Positions 48,201 to 59,556 of a stretch of 64,000 bases of DNA are shown here, one piece after another. Under the pieces are notes generated by a model. The model saw only the letters and a program-made list of their open reading frames with translations, was not told where the DNA came from and ran no database searches. Each line of letters opens with the position of its first letter. Within the stretch, counting starts at the first letter, position 1. Both the position numbers and the translations under genes were made by a program. This DNA comes from Schizochytrium sp. TIO01 (lineage: Eukaryota > Protista > Bigyra: Labyrinthulomycetes): the NCBI GenBank assembly GCA_004764695.1, contig SMSO01000035.1, positions 2,728,001-2,792,000 on the forward strand, in the 5' to 3' direction.

Positions 48201-51200
48201 ATTTGCAAAAACTTTGCACTATTCCTGAGCAAGCTTTGTATAAGTTTTTATTGCCCTACTGCCCAGATCCAACCACGGCAGAACGTGATCTAAATGATCT
48301 ATTTCTTCTCCTCAAAGCTATTAGTGCTCCTGCGCACGTACGCAGAGATCAAGCAATAAACGCACGGATTCTTGATCGATTTGCATTTATCCGCGACGTA
48401 GGTGTTGCTCGACGTGTTTTTTCTATGACGTTTCCTGACCAAGAAACACGTGCAGAAAATTTTGCAAGAAAAATATTACCCAACAGAATAACGCGTGCAC
48501 AGCTTGCGCGTTACATGCGAACATATTCTGGTCGACCGAAGGAAGCCAAGGACCATGTTGACAAAGTACTTTTAGAGGACCCGGAACAAGAGACCGTCCA
48601 AAAATGGGAGGTTCGTCGATACCGGCAATGTGTAAAAGTTTACGAAATGGCCCTTGAGAGTATCAGTAAGCGTTCACTTACTGATGAGCTTCGTGCCCTA
48701 GTTCAAGATGCCTTGCTTCGAGCGAAGCAACCCCATATCCAAGATTCAAAGAAAGCCTGCGATGAACTTCGAGTTGCATTAGACCTTGTTATTAAACTCG
48801 TTTCTGCAGCTGTTGCCCTTCAGCGTGCTATTCGAGGAAAGCTCGCTCGAGCTTTCGTGCATGCCTGCCTTGCAAGGAAGCATTATAAAGAAGAACTTTT
48901 AGAGGGTGGCATTCTCAAGAGGAACTGGCGATTACAACGCGAAAAAGAAGCGAAAGAATATGCTGAATATCTGGAGGCTTTACGACGCTATGAGATTGAA
49001 CAAAGTATTGCCCACGTAACTCGTTTTGGATACCTGGAAATTTGGGATGAGTATTCACAAACATACTACTATATGCGGGTTGATGATCCTACTGGTGCTG
49101 TTTGGGAACGACCGACCTACACGTACGAGGAAGACGAAGCTGCTCGTAAGCTACAAGGTATTGCCCGACTTCGTGGAGCACAATTGCTACGTAGACGGCT
49201 TGAGGAAGCTTTGCGTGCAAAAGAGGAGTTAGAGCGTGAACAACGAGCTTGGGAAGCCTTGGAACATGAACGTGCTAACCTGGTCACTTTCAGATTTAAT
49301 TTAAGAGAATTTAACTGTGAAGCTGACTGCCAAGAAACAAACAATACCACGGCAGCCTCGATATCTGTGTTCCCTTCATGGCGACGAAAGTCGCCATCTA
49401 GTTGGGCAAATGCTGTACAATCTGCTAGTCTTAAGGTTAAGCAAGCTCAACTTAGTGTACAAGCAAAGGAAGAATCTCTGGCGTTAATTCTACGTGAGAT
49501 AGAAGGTCTGAAGGCACGTGCGAACCGAGGAAGGGTATGTGGTGATCGGTGGTTCCATCTTGTAAAAACTGGCAAGTATGGTTTAGGTGCAGATGATCAT
49601 GAAAAAGAAAATCTACTGGGAAACTGGGAAGCTTTCCGGGATTCGGAAGATGATAAGGGAGGACCCCTTCGATTCCGGCATCGCGCTCGAGGAGAAGCTC
49701 TCAAAGCGCGAGACTCGCTTATGGACCTTGAGCTCGAAGCTATGGCTAGAGAGGATAAATCAGCCCTATCACTCTTGCTTCCACAGGCACAAATGTACTG
49801 TGAAGATATAGCTTCACGACAACGTGAAGATGCAGAATTTGCATCTGTATATTTAGCCCATATTGTCCATTTTACTCCATCTTCGAAGTCGCGCATGAGC
49901 TCATATGATTATAAAGTTCGTTGTCGAGAAGAGACACGTGCAGCAGACTGCATTGCTGCTGTAGTGCGAGGTTTCCTGGTACGCCGCATTCGTTATAAAG
50001 AACGCTTAGAACTTAAACGCATGAGTGCCATGGAGGCCGTGAGTAAGGCGGAGGCGTATCTAGAAAGCACAGAAGCTTTGCGTGCTCGCTTGTATATTCC
50101 TATGCACATTACAACAAAATACACTTTTGTGGCGATGCCTTTTGGATGGATTTCAAAGCGAGATGGGTATGGTCGAACTTACTACATGAACGAACTATCA
50201 TATGAGAATGCATGGTCACGACCCTGCTTTGTTTGGGCTGAAGAGCTAAGTGCACGAAACATTCAGCGTATTTACCGAGGTTGGTGTGGACGGAGAGCTT
50301 TCATTGAAACTCTTCGTAGTGAAGGTATTAGTCAGGTTGCTTGTAAAGGCATTCAGAAAGCAGCACAAACTGCTTGCTTTGGGTTTCCTGGCGATGAAGG
50401 AATTTCAGTAGAAATGTGGTTCGCCCGTCGAGGTTTATACGAAATTTTGAAAGACGTTTTAGATGCTAATAAAAACATTGAAAAGCGCATTAAGCAGAGG
50501 TTTCGTGCTTTGGTTAGTACCCACCACCTGCCATGGACCAAAGAGTCACTTTTGCAATTAGGGATTAAAGATGAGTCTAAGATTGCGCAGGTACTTGCTC
50601 ATCAAGCCGAGGAGGTCCGATGCGAAGATTTGGAGATGGTGCGAGAGCCAGAAGGGCTGGAGTCTCTCTTTCTTTCTCAGTATGGAAGCCAGGGCGCTCG
50701 TGCTTTAAAGTTTGCGTCTCAGGCAAGCCAAATCTCGAACATGCCCATTACAATGCGGCAGATGATTGTTCATTTAGCTAAATACAAAGGGAAGCCTTCA
50801 CTGGCGACGGTACAGCTTCAAGAGGAAGTCTTTAATTTACCAACCATAAGTTCACCTCAGGATCAAGAGGCTGCATTTTATATTCTTTTCGGAGCCGTGC
50901 GTCGCATCATGATCATTGCCGCCAACATGAAAATTGAAAAAATGCAGCTTGAATTGCGAGTTCTCTCAGAAAAAGCCGCGGCACTACTTGGACGACCTGA
51001 AGAGCGCGCTCCAGGGCCATGGCTCTGTACGCGGCGTTGGCCACGCGAAGCAATGGCTGCATATGCTATTCGTGAAGTTCTTGATCGTGCCTTACTCTGG
51101 GAAGTCATGGCGGTACGAGTTCAGCGCGTCTATCGAAATTATGTGAATCTCACGCATTGGCGACAGCTTGCCGCGTGGTATAGGGAGCGCGTGACAGCAA

Positions 51201-51919
51201 TCCAGTGTGCATGGCGGCAGTATGCTGCTCGACAGCTTGCCAATCTTCGCTATCAGCAGTTTTACTCTCCGTGGGAAGAATTGTATGACGCATCGGAGGA
51301 CACCATGTACTACTTTGACAATCGCGTTGAAAAGTCACAGTGGCATCGACCTCGTGAGCCTTTCAAACCATACGGGTGGTGGCCTCCTCACCCAGACGAT
51401 ATTCCCGTCCCAGAGGGAAAATGTTTCATTTGCCGTGTAGAAAATGCAGTTCGTGTCTGTGAGGAATGCATTACGAAGAATGGAGTGAATCGCGAATTCT
51501 GCTTTGACTGCTTTGCAGAAGTTCATGGATCTTCGGGCGCAGACTTTGCTCGTCACCGCTTTCATGCGGCAACACATACAGGGTCAAATCAAGGTCAAGC
51601 TCAAGGAGGGTTATTATGTAGTCAGTGTCAAGGCCCAGCCATCCGTCGATGTAACGATTGTGAGGATTTCTATTGTCTCACATGTTATCGACGGTTGCAT
51701 GCCCGTGGGAGACGTCGTGAGCATGCTTGGACAGCGTATCAAACAAACTGTCCTGTGTGTGTGGAGTGCGAACGGCAGGTTGCAGTTGTGTACTGTGAAT
51801 CTTGCCGAGATAACATGTGCAAAGATTGCTCTGCTCGCGTGCATAGAAAGGGAAAGCGCAAGCAGCATATTCGAGTTGACCTGCCATCCTACGAGACAAA
51901 GTCTGGCCAAGGCTTGTAA
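45254..51919 (+). CDS. 2221-aa multidomain protein: about 20 IQ-like motifs, 2 SAM-like domains, 3 WW domains, 3 C-terminal B-box zinc fingers
   Basis: IQ: IQSMVRGIFAQR, LQRLARGYLGRR, IQRIYRGWCGRR. WW: PFGWISKRDGYGRTYYMN..AWSRP and PWEELYDASEDTMYYFDN..SQWHRP. B-box: CSQC..C..C..C..C..LH..RREH and two similar copies. Confidence 0.88.
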   Translation: MSVDPRSSVESLLARYGTIHDVDAQRKAIANLYEIVRARTVSLEKLIGPVRVELLSPLLFHVNDENASRRTRIKACRVLTALLGNGAPAARFEAVTGNEEDLDDERLEKLKGEDKISANYRHHDIQQQSGGTQKTISRINRREAGVIRTSMLKQGGNASSSSNSDGEEPAHTQPIRNERVEVDLVDRPSKKQKMIRSASSRTRKPKRRGFLVPRNPEIPKKRARAERKGLTGVLLEDQATHIKTKEDSWRYLGYDIPLLWYPKTKESLRQHRLMPEDDPASTSNTPRLPQIASAETQKPTSAHNATTIKTFTNRFVGHSIRQQRQQTHAQQERELVYSPRHFDIATEEELEQILVQERALWKAIDEGIREKRLSLPSNFLLEQGLEVAYTREIARRVLDRLFRYAGREPLRAPFRKWHAHTLELRFEEFSRYASLEKLRGIIRRMLRFQIVRGWETWTLFVQDCKLRERVAATIVFQKHWRGIKDRRFFAVHKRRWYAARKIQTWNRMLVQVFAYRHVRANVCIIQRNERKWAVQRMITRWHAAAVPIQSIGRMRPWYVWFKRVKAATLMIQVNYRGVRGRIRFKNVFESFAKSEQNKWRAAVCIQKCWYKYGAHMVVHGIRRHQIMINNAALVIQTRWYIYKEQFPAFIMMRSYLIQDLVDKLEARMGKRAKRAACACKIQSMVRGIFAQRLLARKRFERNAAICAQACCRSFVARQKVKRFAYVVQCVRKLQVMVRAHFAPRHAAASLIQEFACKHLNIREKAGPSWVAQAASQHRATQRRRYAATILQTFIARPLNARRELICRKSQRILQRLARGYLGRRRARAMASVVRQNVATFYVNDLLKATHADMSAYIYHQRNFAATRIQGWYKTCKARIKAKILRKWHARRTSAVRVIQKVIRGLQCRRRLRLEREFERRVRTNRYKSIQDPREIATTAIMHARAFYDSADPMAGMHPVQLLHRLGLAHLWEPLHMGSFRVNDLQKLCTIPEQALYKFLLPYCPDPTTAERDLNDLFLLLKAISAPAHVRRDQAINARILDRFAFIRDVGVARRVFSMTFPDQETRAENFARKILPNRITRAQLARYMRTYSGRPKEAKDHVDKVLLEDPEQETVQKWEVRRYRQCVKVYEMALESISKRSLTDELRALVQDALLRAKQPHIQDSKKACDELRVALDLVIKLVSAAVALQRAIRGKLARAFVHACLARKHYKEELLEGGILKRNWRLQREKEAKEYAEYLEALRRYEIEQSIAHVTRFGYLEIWDEYSQTYYYMRVDDPTGAVWERPTYTYEEDEAARKLQGIARLRGAQLLRRRLEEALRAKEELEREQRAWEALEHERANLVTFRFNLREFNCEADCQETNNTTAASISVFPSWRRKSPSSWANAVQSASLKVKQAQLSVQAKEESLALILREIEGLKARANRGRVCGDRWFHLVKTGKYGLGADDHEKENLLGNWEAFRDSEDDKGGPLRFRHRARGEALKARDSLMDLELEAMAREDKSALSLLLPQAQMYCEDIASRQREDAEFASVYLAHIVHFTPSSKSRMSSYDYKVRCREETRAADCIAAVVRGFLVRRIRYKERLELKRMSAMEAVSKAEAYLESTEALRARLYIPMHITTKYTFVAMPFGWISKRDGYGRTYYMNELSYENAWSRPCFVWAEELSARNIQRIYRGWCGRRAFIETLRSEGISQVACKGIQKAAQTACFGFPGDEGISVEMWFARRGLYEILKDVLDANKNIEKRIKQRFRALVSTHHLPWTKESLLQLGIKDESKIAQVLAHQAEEVRCEDLEMVREPEGLESLFLSQYGSQGARALKFASQASQISNMPITMRQMIVHLAKYKGKPSLATVQLQEEVFNLPTISSPQDQEAAFYILFGAVRRIMIIAANMKIEKMQLELRVLSEKAAALLGRPEERAPGPWLCTRRWPREAMAAYAIREVLDRALLWEVMAVRVQRVYRNYVNLTHWRQLAAWYRERVTAIQCAWRQYAARQLANLRYQQFYSPWEELYDASEDTMYYFDNRVEKSQWHRPREPFKPYGWWPPHPDDIPVPEGKCFICRVENAVRVCEECITKNGVNREFCFDCFAEVHGSSGADFARHRFHAATHTGSNQGQAQGGLLCSQCQGPAIRRCNDCEDFYCLTCYRRLHARGRRREHAWTAYQTNCPVCVECERQVAVVYCESCRDNMCKDCSARVHRKGKRKQHIRVDLPSYETKSGQGL

Positions 51920-52478
51920 GTCATATCTCAAAATCAAAGCCAGCATCTCTATGCCTATTTTCTAGGACCTAGTACTGGAAAACTATCTTTGAAATCATGA
52001 AAACGAAGAACTTGCTTGTTACCCTTTTAGTTGAAATTCCCCTGGAGGTATAATGAGATGAAGAGCGAAATAGAGTCACGATCAAGTGAATTATAAAATA
52101 TGAAACCTTAACAAAAGAAGTTGTAGCTAGGTACAGCATACAGCCTAAGGTAATGATGTACTCATAGGAAAAAAAATAGATAACTATCCATGCGTTTTGA
52201 AATTTAAAATTGTGTTTGATAGTGGCCATGTATCTGTACTTGACATTTCCATGCTTTCAACGAAAAAAAATCATTTGCCAGTCACACCCTGCTAGAACAA
52301 AAACAGTAGAGCAAAAAAAACAAAAATGAATAGTAACTTCTGTATTGTTATTGTCGTTATCGCTGGTGTTAGTTTCTAGTTTGTGCAAGCAAGGGCAAGC
52401 CGGCATCACATAATTAGTAAGGTTATGATGAATTTCCCAATCAAGAGAACGCAAGTGAGTCTATGAGAAAGAGGGAAA

Positions 52479-54656
<2,178 letters not shown>

Positions 54657-55928
54657 CTACGGGAGCAGGACAACCAGTCGAGTTTATTTGAAGTGGAAAG
54701 AATTAGTTAGTTACACAACGACAGGAATGACGCTTCGAGAGGGTCGACTGCGCCAGGAAAAGTCGGGGCCTCCGCGACGGGCCTCCAGCGCGACGTCGCG
54801 ATCAATTCCGAGTTTCTAAAGATGTCCACCGATTCTTCATTTTCACTCATTTCTTTGCCTCTTCCTCCTAGGAGTAACTAAAAAGAGGTAACCAAAAAGA
54901 AAGAAAATTAGTTGTTCACCTTGAGGAGCCCTACCAATCATTGCCGACTGGCCTTCCTTCACTCTATATTATTTCTCAATCATTATGCAATTCTCATATA
55001 GTAAGTACCCACTAGTAGAAGTAATACTTCTGCTAGGTAGGCTAGGATGGAACTGACCATTGAGAAATATGGGTGGCGGACGAAGATGGGAAAACAAAGT
55101 TGATCTATGATATGATAGAAAGTAGAGTAACCAAAGGGTACTGCAGTTACAATACGATATAGAGTTGATAAATTCAGGTGTAGAGTAGTAGCTTGGTCTT
55201 TCCTGAGCTTTTACCAAGTCAAGAGGTCTCCAAGACTTCTTGAGAGTGGCTCAAGTTCTATATAATCATCTTTCTAGGTAATCACAATACGGAAGCGAAC
55301 GAAAGAACTTTTTGATATTTTATGAAGACAGCCTTTAGACATCTACAACAATCGACAAAGACAATTTCACTCATATCCTCTATTATAGAATTTCACGATC
55401 GAACAAAACTTCAAATGTACCTCTAGCTGAAGCAGTTTTTTTACCACACCAATGGAATTTGCGGGGTTCCCCATACCTCAAATGTAGGTTATATGATTTA
55501 CTACACAGTGTCCTTTCATTTTGTATAATTTATCTACGGTTCCAAAATTGCTCCAAAACAGTCTACTCTAGTTTTATCATGATTCTGTGATGAAGAACAG
55601 CACTATTCCTCCCAAATCACATGAAGGCGTACATGCGAAAATAACGTCGGGAACCATTCGGTGAGATTGACCTTTCATTTCATACACTTATCTCAACGTC
55701 CCTTTCTAATACTATAGTGGACCATCTACAAAATTCGATGAGGGCAAAAACTGACTTCTTGAGCTCGGAGAGACTGCCACTGACAACTAGTAAAATTCTA
55801 TAGGTACAAACCTTTGGAAGAGGTATTGGGCTTGACTTGAACGAAGGCAATCTCTGTGCTGGTTCAGAAATAAACAAGAAGATTAAATGGATAGTAGTAC
55901 TACATACATTTTATAGAATACATATGGC

Positions 55929-58169
55929 TCATGAAGGTAGAAGCGTAGCTACGCGAACATGCAAACGAATAGGTATGGCAGCAGGCATCACATGAGCTGC
56001 CAACTTAAAGGCAGCAAGTTCGATCATCTCTTTCATTCGGGCTGGAGGTAAAGGTTGATTGAGATGAAAGACTAAATCTTGTGTTTGAAATGCTTTGGTA
56101 GCAAAGAGAGTTGTGGCAGGCTGAGACTGCAAACTTTTCAGCGAAATTACACTAGCATGGCTACCTTTGCATGTTTCATCGGCAGATACTCGCTTGTCGA
56201 ATACCACATGGACAGCAGAATCAAAGTTAATAAATGCTTGGGGATGAATGGTGCTATCAGGTTCGCATACAGACACCGAGAGACCAAAAAAGGCAGCTGT
56301 ACGGGCCTCAATAGACTGTAAAGGATTGTCATTAGAAATAACATTCATGTGAACTCCAGATGCAGATGAAAAGACCTCTTCTAACTTTGGCAAGAGGTCA
56401 GGGCGGGGGCAAGATACAAGGCACTCTGAAGAATAAGAAGACAGTGCAGGCACGACAGCTCGGATACTTTGTTGAACACGAGTTAGCTCAGCTATTTTCC
56501 GAAAGCTGAAATAAGCTTGTGCATCATCCAAAACAGTAATCGCTGTCTTCTCACGCAAAGCCTTGCAGAAGCGCTCTACATACGGAAAATTAAGCAATGA
56601 AGTCACTACTTGAAGCTGGGCAATTGTGAGCACTGCAACACCTTCCCAATAGTCATCACGTACCTCAAGCGCACTCGCAAGGTGCCATACAGCACTCTGC
56701 TGCTCTGCGGCTCTAGCATTGGTATCAAGAACATCAAGAGTAAAAACCCGAAGCCTATCCTGCGAGATAAAGTTGAGCCACACCATCACATCATTAGCTT
56801 GTGTAGAGGTGTAAGTGATGTAAAGTGCCATTTTATTTCGGCCCTCTACTTGCAGAGGCTGGGGCACCTTTTCCTTCGTGCTGCGCGCAAAGACGCGTAG
56901 CCAAGTGTGCATTGAGAGTTTGATATCTTCATTAAGGGCAAGATCGAAAGTATCAATCCATCGTTTCAGAGCACTTGACTGCACATCCTCTGCTTGCATA
57001 GTGAGCTTCAAATCTGTTGCAAGAATCTCCTCCGCGCCATTGGGTTCTAGGAGGCCTTGTATCCATTGATCTTTACCAAAGCAAGTTTTTCGCGGATCAA
57101 TCATAAGAAATCGTGCTTTTGGTTGCATAGCAGAAAACACATTCTCAAGGCATCTGTGAGCTGCAGGTCGGTCTCGATCTACCAACTCTGTAAGTCCATA
57201 CATAAGTGTTACAACGTCAGCTTGCGCCACGAGCGATCGAATTTTTGAGAGAGACTGCGGATCTAGAAGATCCGCGGTATGATACTTGCCATAAGGTAGC
57301 CCTTTTGCAGGCTTGTTTTCAGAATGGCCTTCACGGCGAGGGCGTTTTATCATGTGATTGCTTGCCTGATCATCTTCATCAATTAAATGTGCAGTGATAC
57401 AGCTCCACTCTGGAAGTATATCAACAATATCAAGGTGGTCTTTCGTTACATTGTTGGAATCGTTACATTTTGACATCTTCTGCCGCCACAACATTAGACC
57501 GACAGCTTCTGCACCAGAGCCTCCACAAAGGGCAACAACCCGGAGGGGTTTCTTTGAATCTGGTAACGAGGATCTTGCACTATGTTGAAGGATATTCGCG
57601 AGACATAGACTGTGAAGAAGTGTAGTGCAAATGGGATAGCACAACACCGAAGCTTTCGGGTACGGCACTCGTTGGCCGGGCGCCAAGTTGAGCCAACCCT
57701 TTTTCGTGGCTTGCCAAACCTCAACAGCATTCGCCTTCTCGTGATCTTTTTCTTTTGCATTGAACATCTCTTCTGCAGCGAGACACAATGCGCCCTCAAT
57801 CACTTGAGCAGCCTCAGAGACCTGGTCAGCTGAGGCGACCTCCTTGATCATTGAAGCTGACTCTGTTACACTACGCAAATTTGAAGATTGTGGACGACTT
57901 GGTACCCATCGATTCATAGTTTGCCCTGCATCATCTTTGTTCTCAGACAGATGAGATGCGGGATCTTTGCATTCCACAAATATATCTTCGAAGGCATCAC
58001 TTTCAAGAAGACTCTGTGCCACCGCCAAACAGCATGTCACAGATTTTCCTGAGCCGGGGGCATCCAAGATGACCTTTGTAGCCACCACCGAAGTTGAATT
58101 TGACGTGGATTTCCGAGGCAAAGTTGATCGGTCCAAGACCTCCTCGCGGGACTTGAGAATGCCTAGCAT
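55929..58169 (-). CDS. Class I SAM-dependent methyltransferase-like domain embedded in a degenerate SF2 helicase-like protein
   Basis: 746-aa ORF. Motifs in order: APGSGKS; VVALCGGSGAE, IVDILPEW, ADLL, DVVTLMYGLTEL, FLMID; ALYITYTSTQA; VAVLT; TVLDDAQ. Confidence 0.65.
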   Translation of the reverse strand: MLGILKSREEVLDRSTLPRKSTSNSTSVVATKVILDAPGSGKSVTCCLAVAQSLLESDAFEDIFVECKDPASHLSENKDDAGQTMNRWVPSRPQSSNLRSVTESASMIKEVASADQVSEAAQVIEGALCLAAEEMFNAKEKDHEKANAVEVWQATKKGWLNLAPGQRVPYPKASVLCYPICTTLLHSLCLANILQHSARSSLPDSKKPLRVVALCGGSGAEAVGLMLWRQKMSKCNDSNNVTKDHLDIVDILPEWSCITAHLIDEDDQASNHMIKRPRREGHSENKPAKGLPYGKYHTADLLDPQSLSKIRSLVAQADVVTLMYGLTELVDRDRPAAHRCLENVFSAMQPKARFLMIDPRKTCFGKDQWIQGLLEPNGAEEILATDLKLTMQAEDVQSSALKRWIDTFDLALNEDIKLSMHTWLRVFARSTKEKVPQPLQVEGRNKMALYITYTSTQANDVMVWLNFISQDRLRVFTLDVLDTNARAAEQQSAVWHLASALEVRDDYWEGVAVLTIAQLQVVTSLLNFPYVERFCKALREKTAITVLDDAQAYFSFRKIAELTRVQQSIRAVVPALSSYSSECLVSCPRPDLLPKLEEVFSSASGVHMNVISNDNPLQSIEARTAAFFGLSVSVCEPDSTIHPQAFINFDSAVHVVFDKRVSADETCKGSHASVISLKSLQSQPATTLFATKAFQTQDLVFHLNQPLPPARMKEMIELAAFKLAAHVMPAAIPIRLHVRVATLLPS

Positions 58170-59556
58170 TATTCTTGTGTCAAAGATTTTGAATTGTTTT
58201 TCACGTGCAATGAGTTCGTTCGGTTAGCCCAATTGTCACTCATTCATTGTCCACACAATGCTAAGTAATACTATATAGGACTCTCTAGCTAGGTATCAAT
58301 CTACACTAGTAGTACCTCTTCCAATAATCAAGCGACGTTTCGCATTCGGTTACAATGGGAGTTATATGAAACATCTAGTCCAAGAATTGTAGAAGTATCC
58401 CAGATCTCTTGGAACAAGTACAATAAACATTAAGCCAAAACTGTCAATATGAGATTGAGAGTGATTATCAGTTGCATAAGCTCTATCAGTTGTCATCGCT
58501 GCGAAATACAATATCACATGCAAACGCGAACCGGATTGTCTAATGACAGTCAGAGATGCTTAGACTCGTGCACTTGTAATTAGGGATCTTGGCCTATATT
58601 TTAATGATTGGGCAGTCAAAATCGATGATCCCTCTGATCTTTGACATTTTGTGCAATTTCTCAAGAGGTGTTAAAGAAGCCCTTCCTTAGAATGGTCGAA
58701 ACCTGATACTTGCCTTGAAGGTGCTTCGAAGGACCCTGCAAGGTTTGGATGAGAACAATGAGTTTGCGTGATCTAGAGATGCAAGGCCACGGCCCAAACA
58801 CTACTCGGACCAGCTCAGTTTACGTGAGTAGTCCAGGTCAACAATAGCCTTCGAATAACATGAAGCTCCTCTAACACGCTTGATAGATTTCCCCTTTTCC
58901 GTTCTTTAAAAATAAAATAAAATAAATAACTTTAAATGAAAATACATCACTCAGGCTGGCAGTTCATTTTTAGAACAAGAAACCAAAAAAAAATTCCATA
59001 CACGGTCCGACCTTATGTCTCTTTACTGTTATATAGAGAGAGAGGTTATAAAATCATCAAGTAATAGGAATCCAAAGGATACCGCCTTTCTTGCTCGTGA
59101 TTGTTATTTGCTAGGTTCCTAGATAGGAAGAGGTCATACATTTTCGGGCTTGAAAGCGAATCCTAATAAAATACAACACATCGTAAGTAAAATGGCGTAC
59201 TTACCCTCTTGCCAATGACTGAATTGGTTCTTATGCGTATCAATTTTCGACCTTTGGATTGTTTCTAACATGTTTGGTTCAGTCTTTAAACTTCTCACGT
59301 GGCATCTCGTTATTGGTTCTCTAGATATCATGTATCACCCTAGGGATACTGAAGGGTACGAATTCAAGTTGAGTTAGTCATTTTCCTCTTCTTTCTTAAT
59401 ATTCGAGGGGAAACATGACACTCAGTCTCTTTAGCCTGAAAGGGCTACAGATTGTGATCTAAAACGTTGATGTGAAGCAGACAAAAGGGCTTGGTTCGAG
59501 GCATTAGCAAACCTAGATTGACGAACGAAAGAAGTACAGTTGAGTGAATTAAATTG

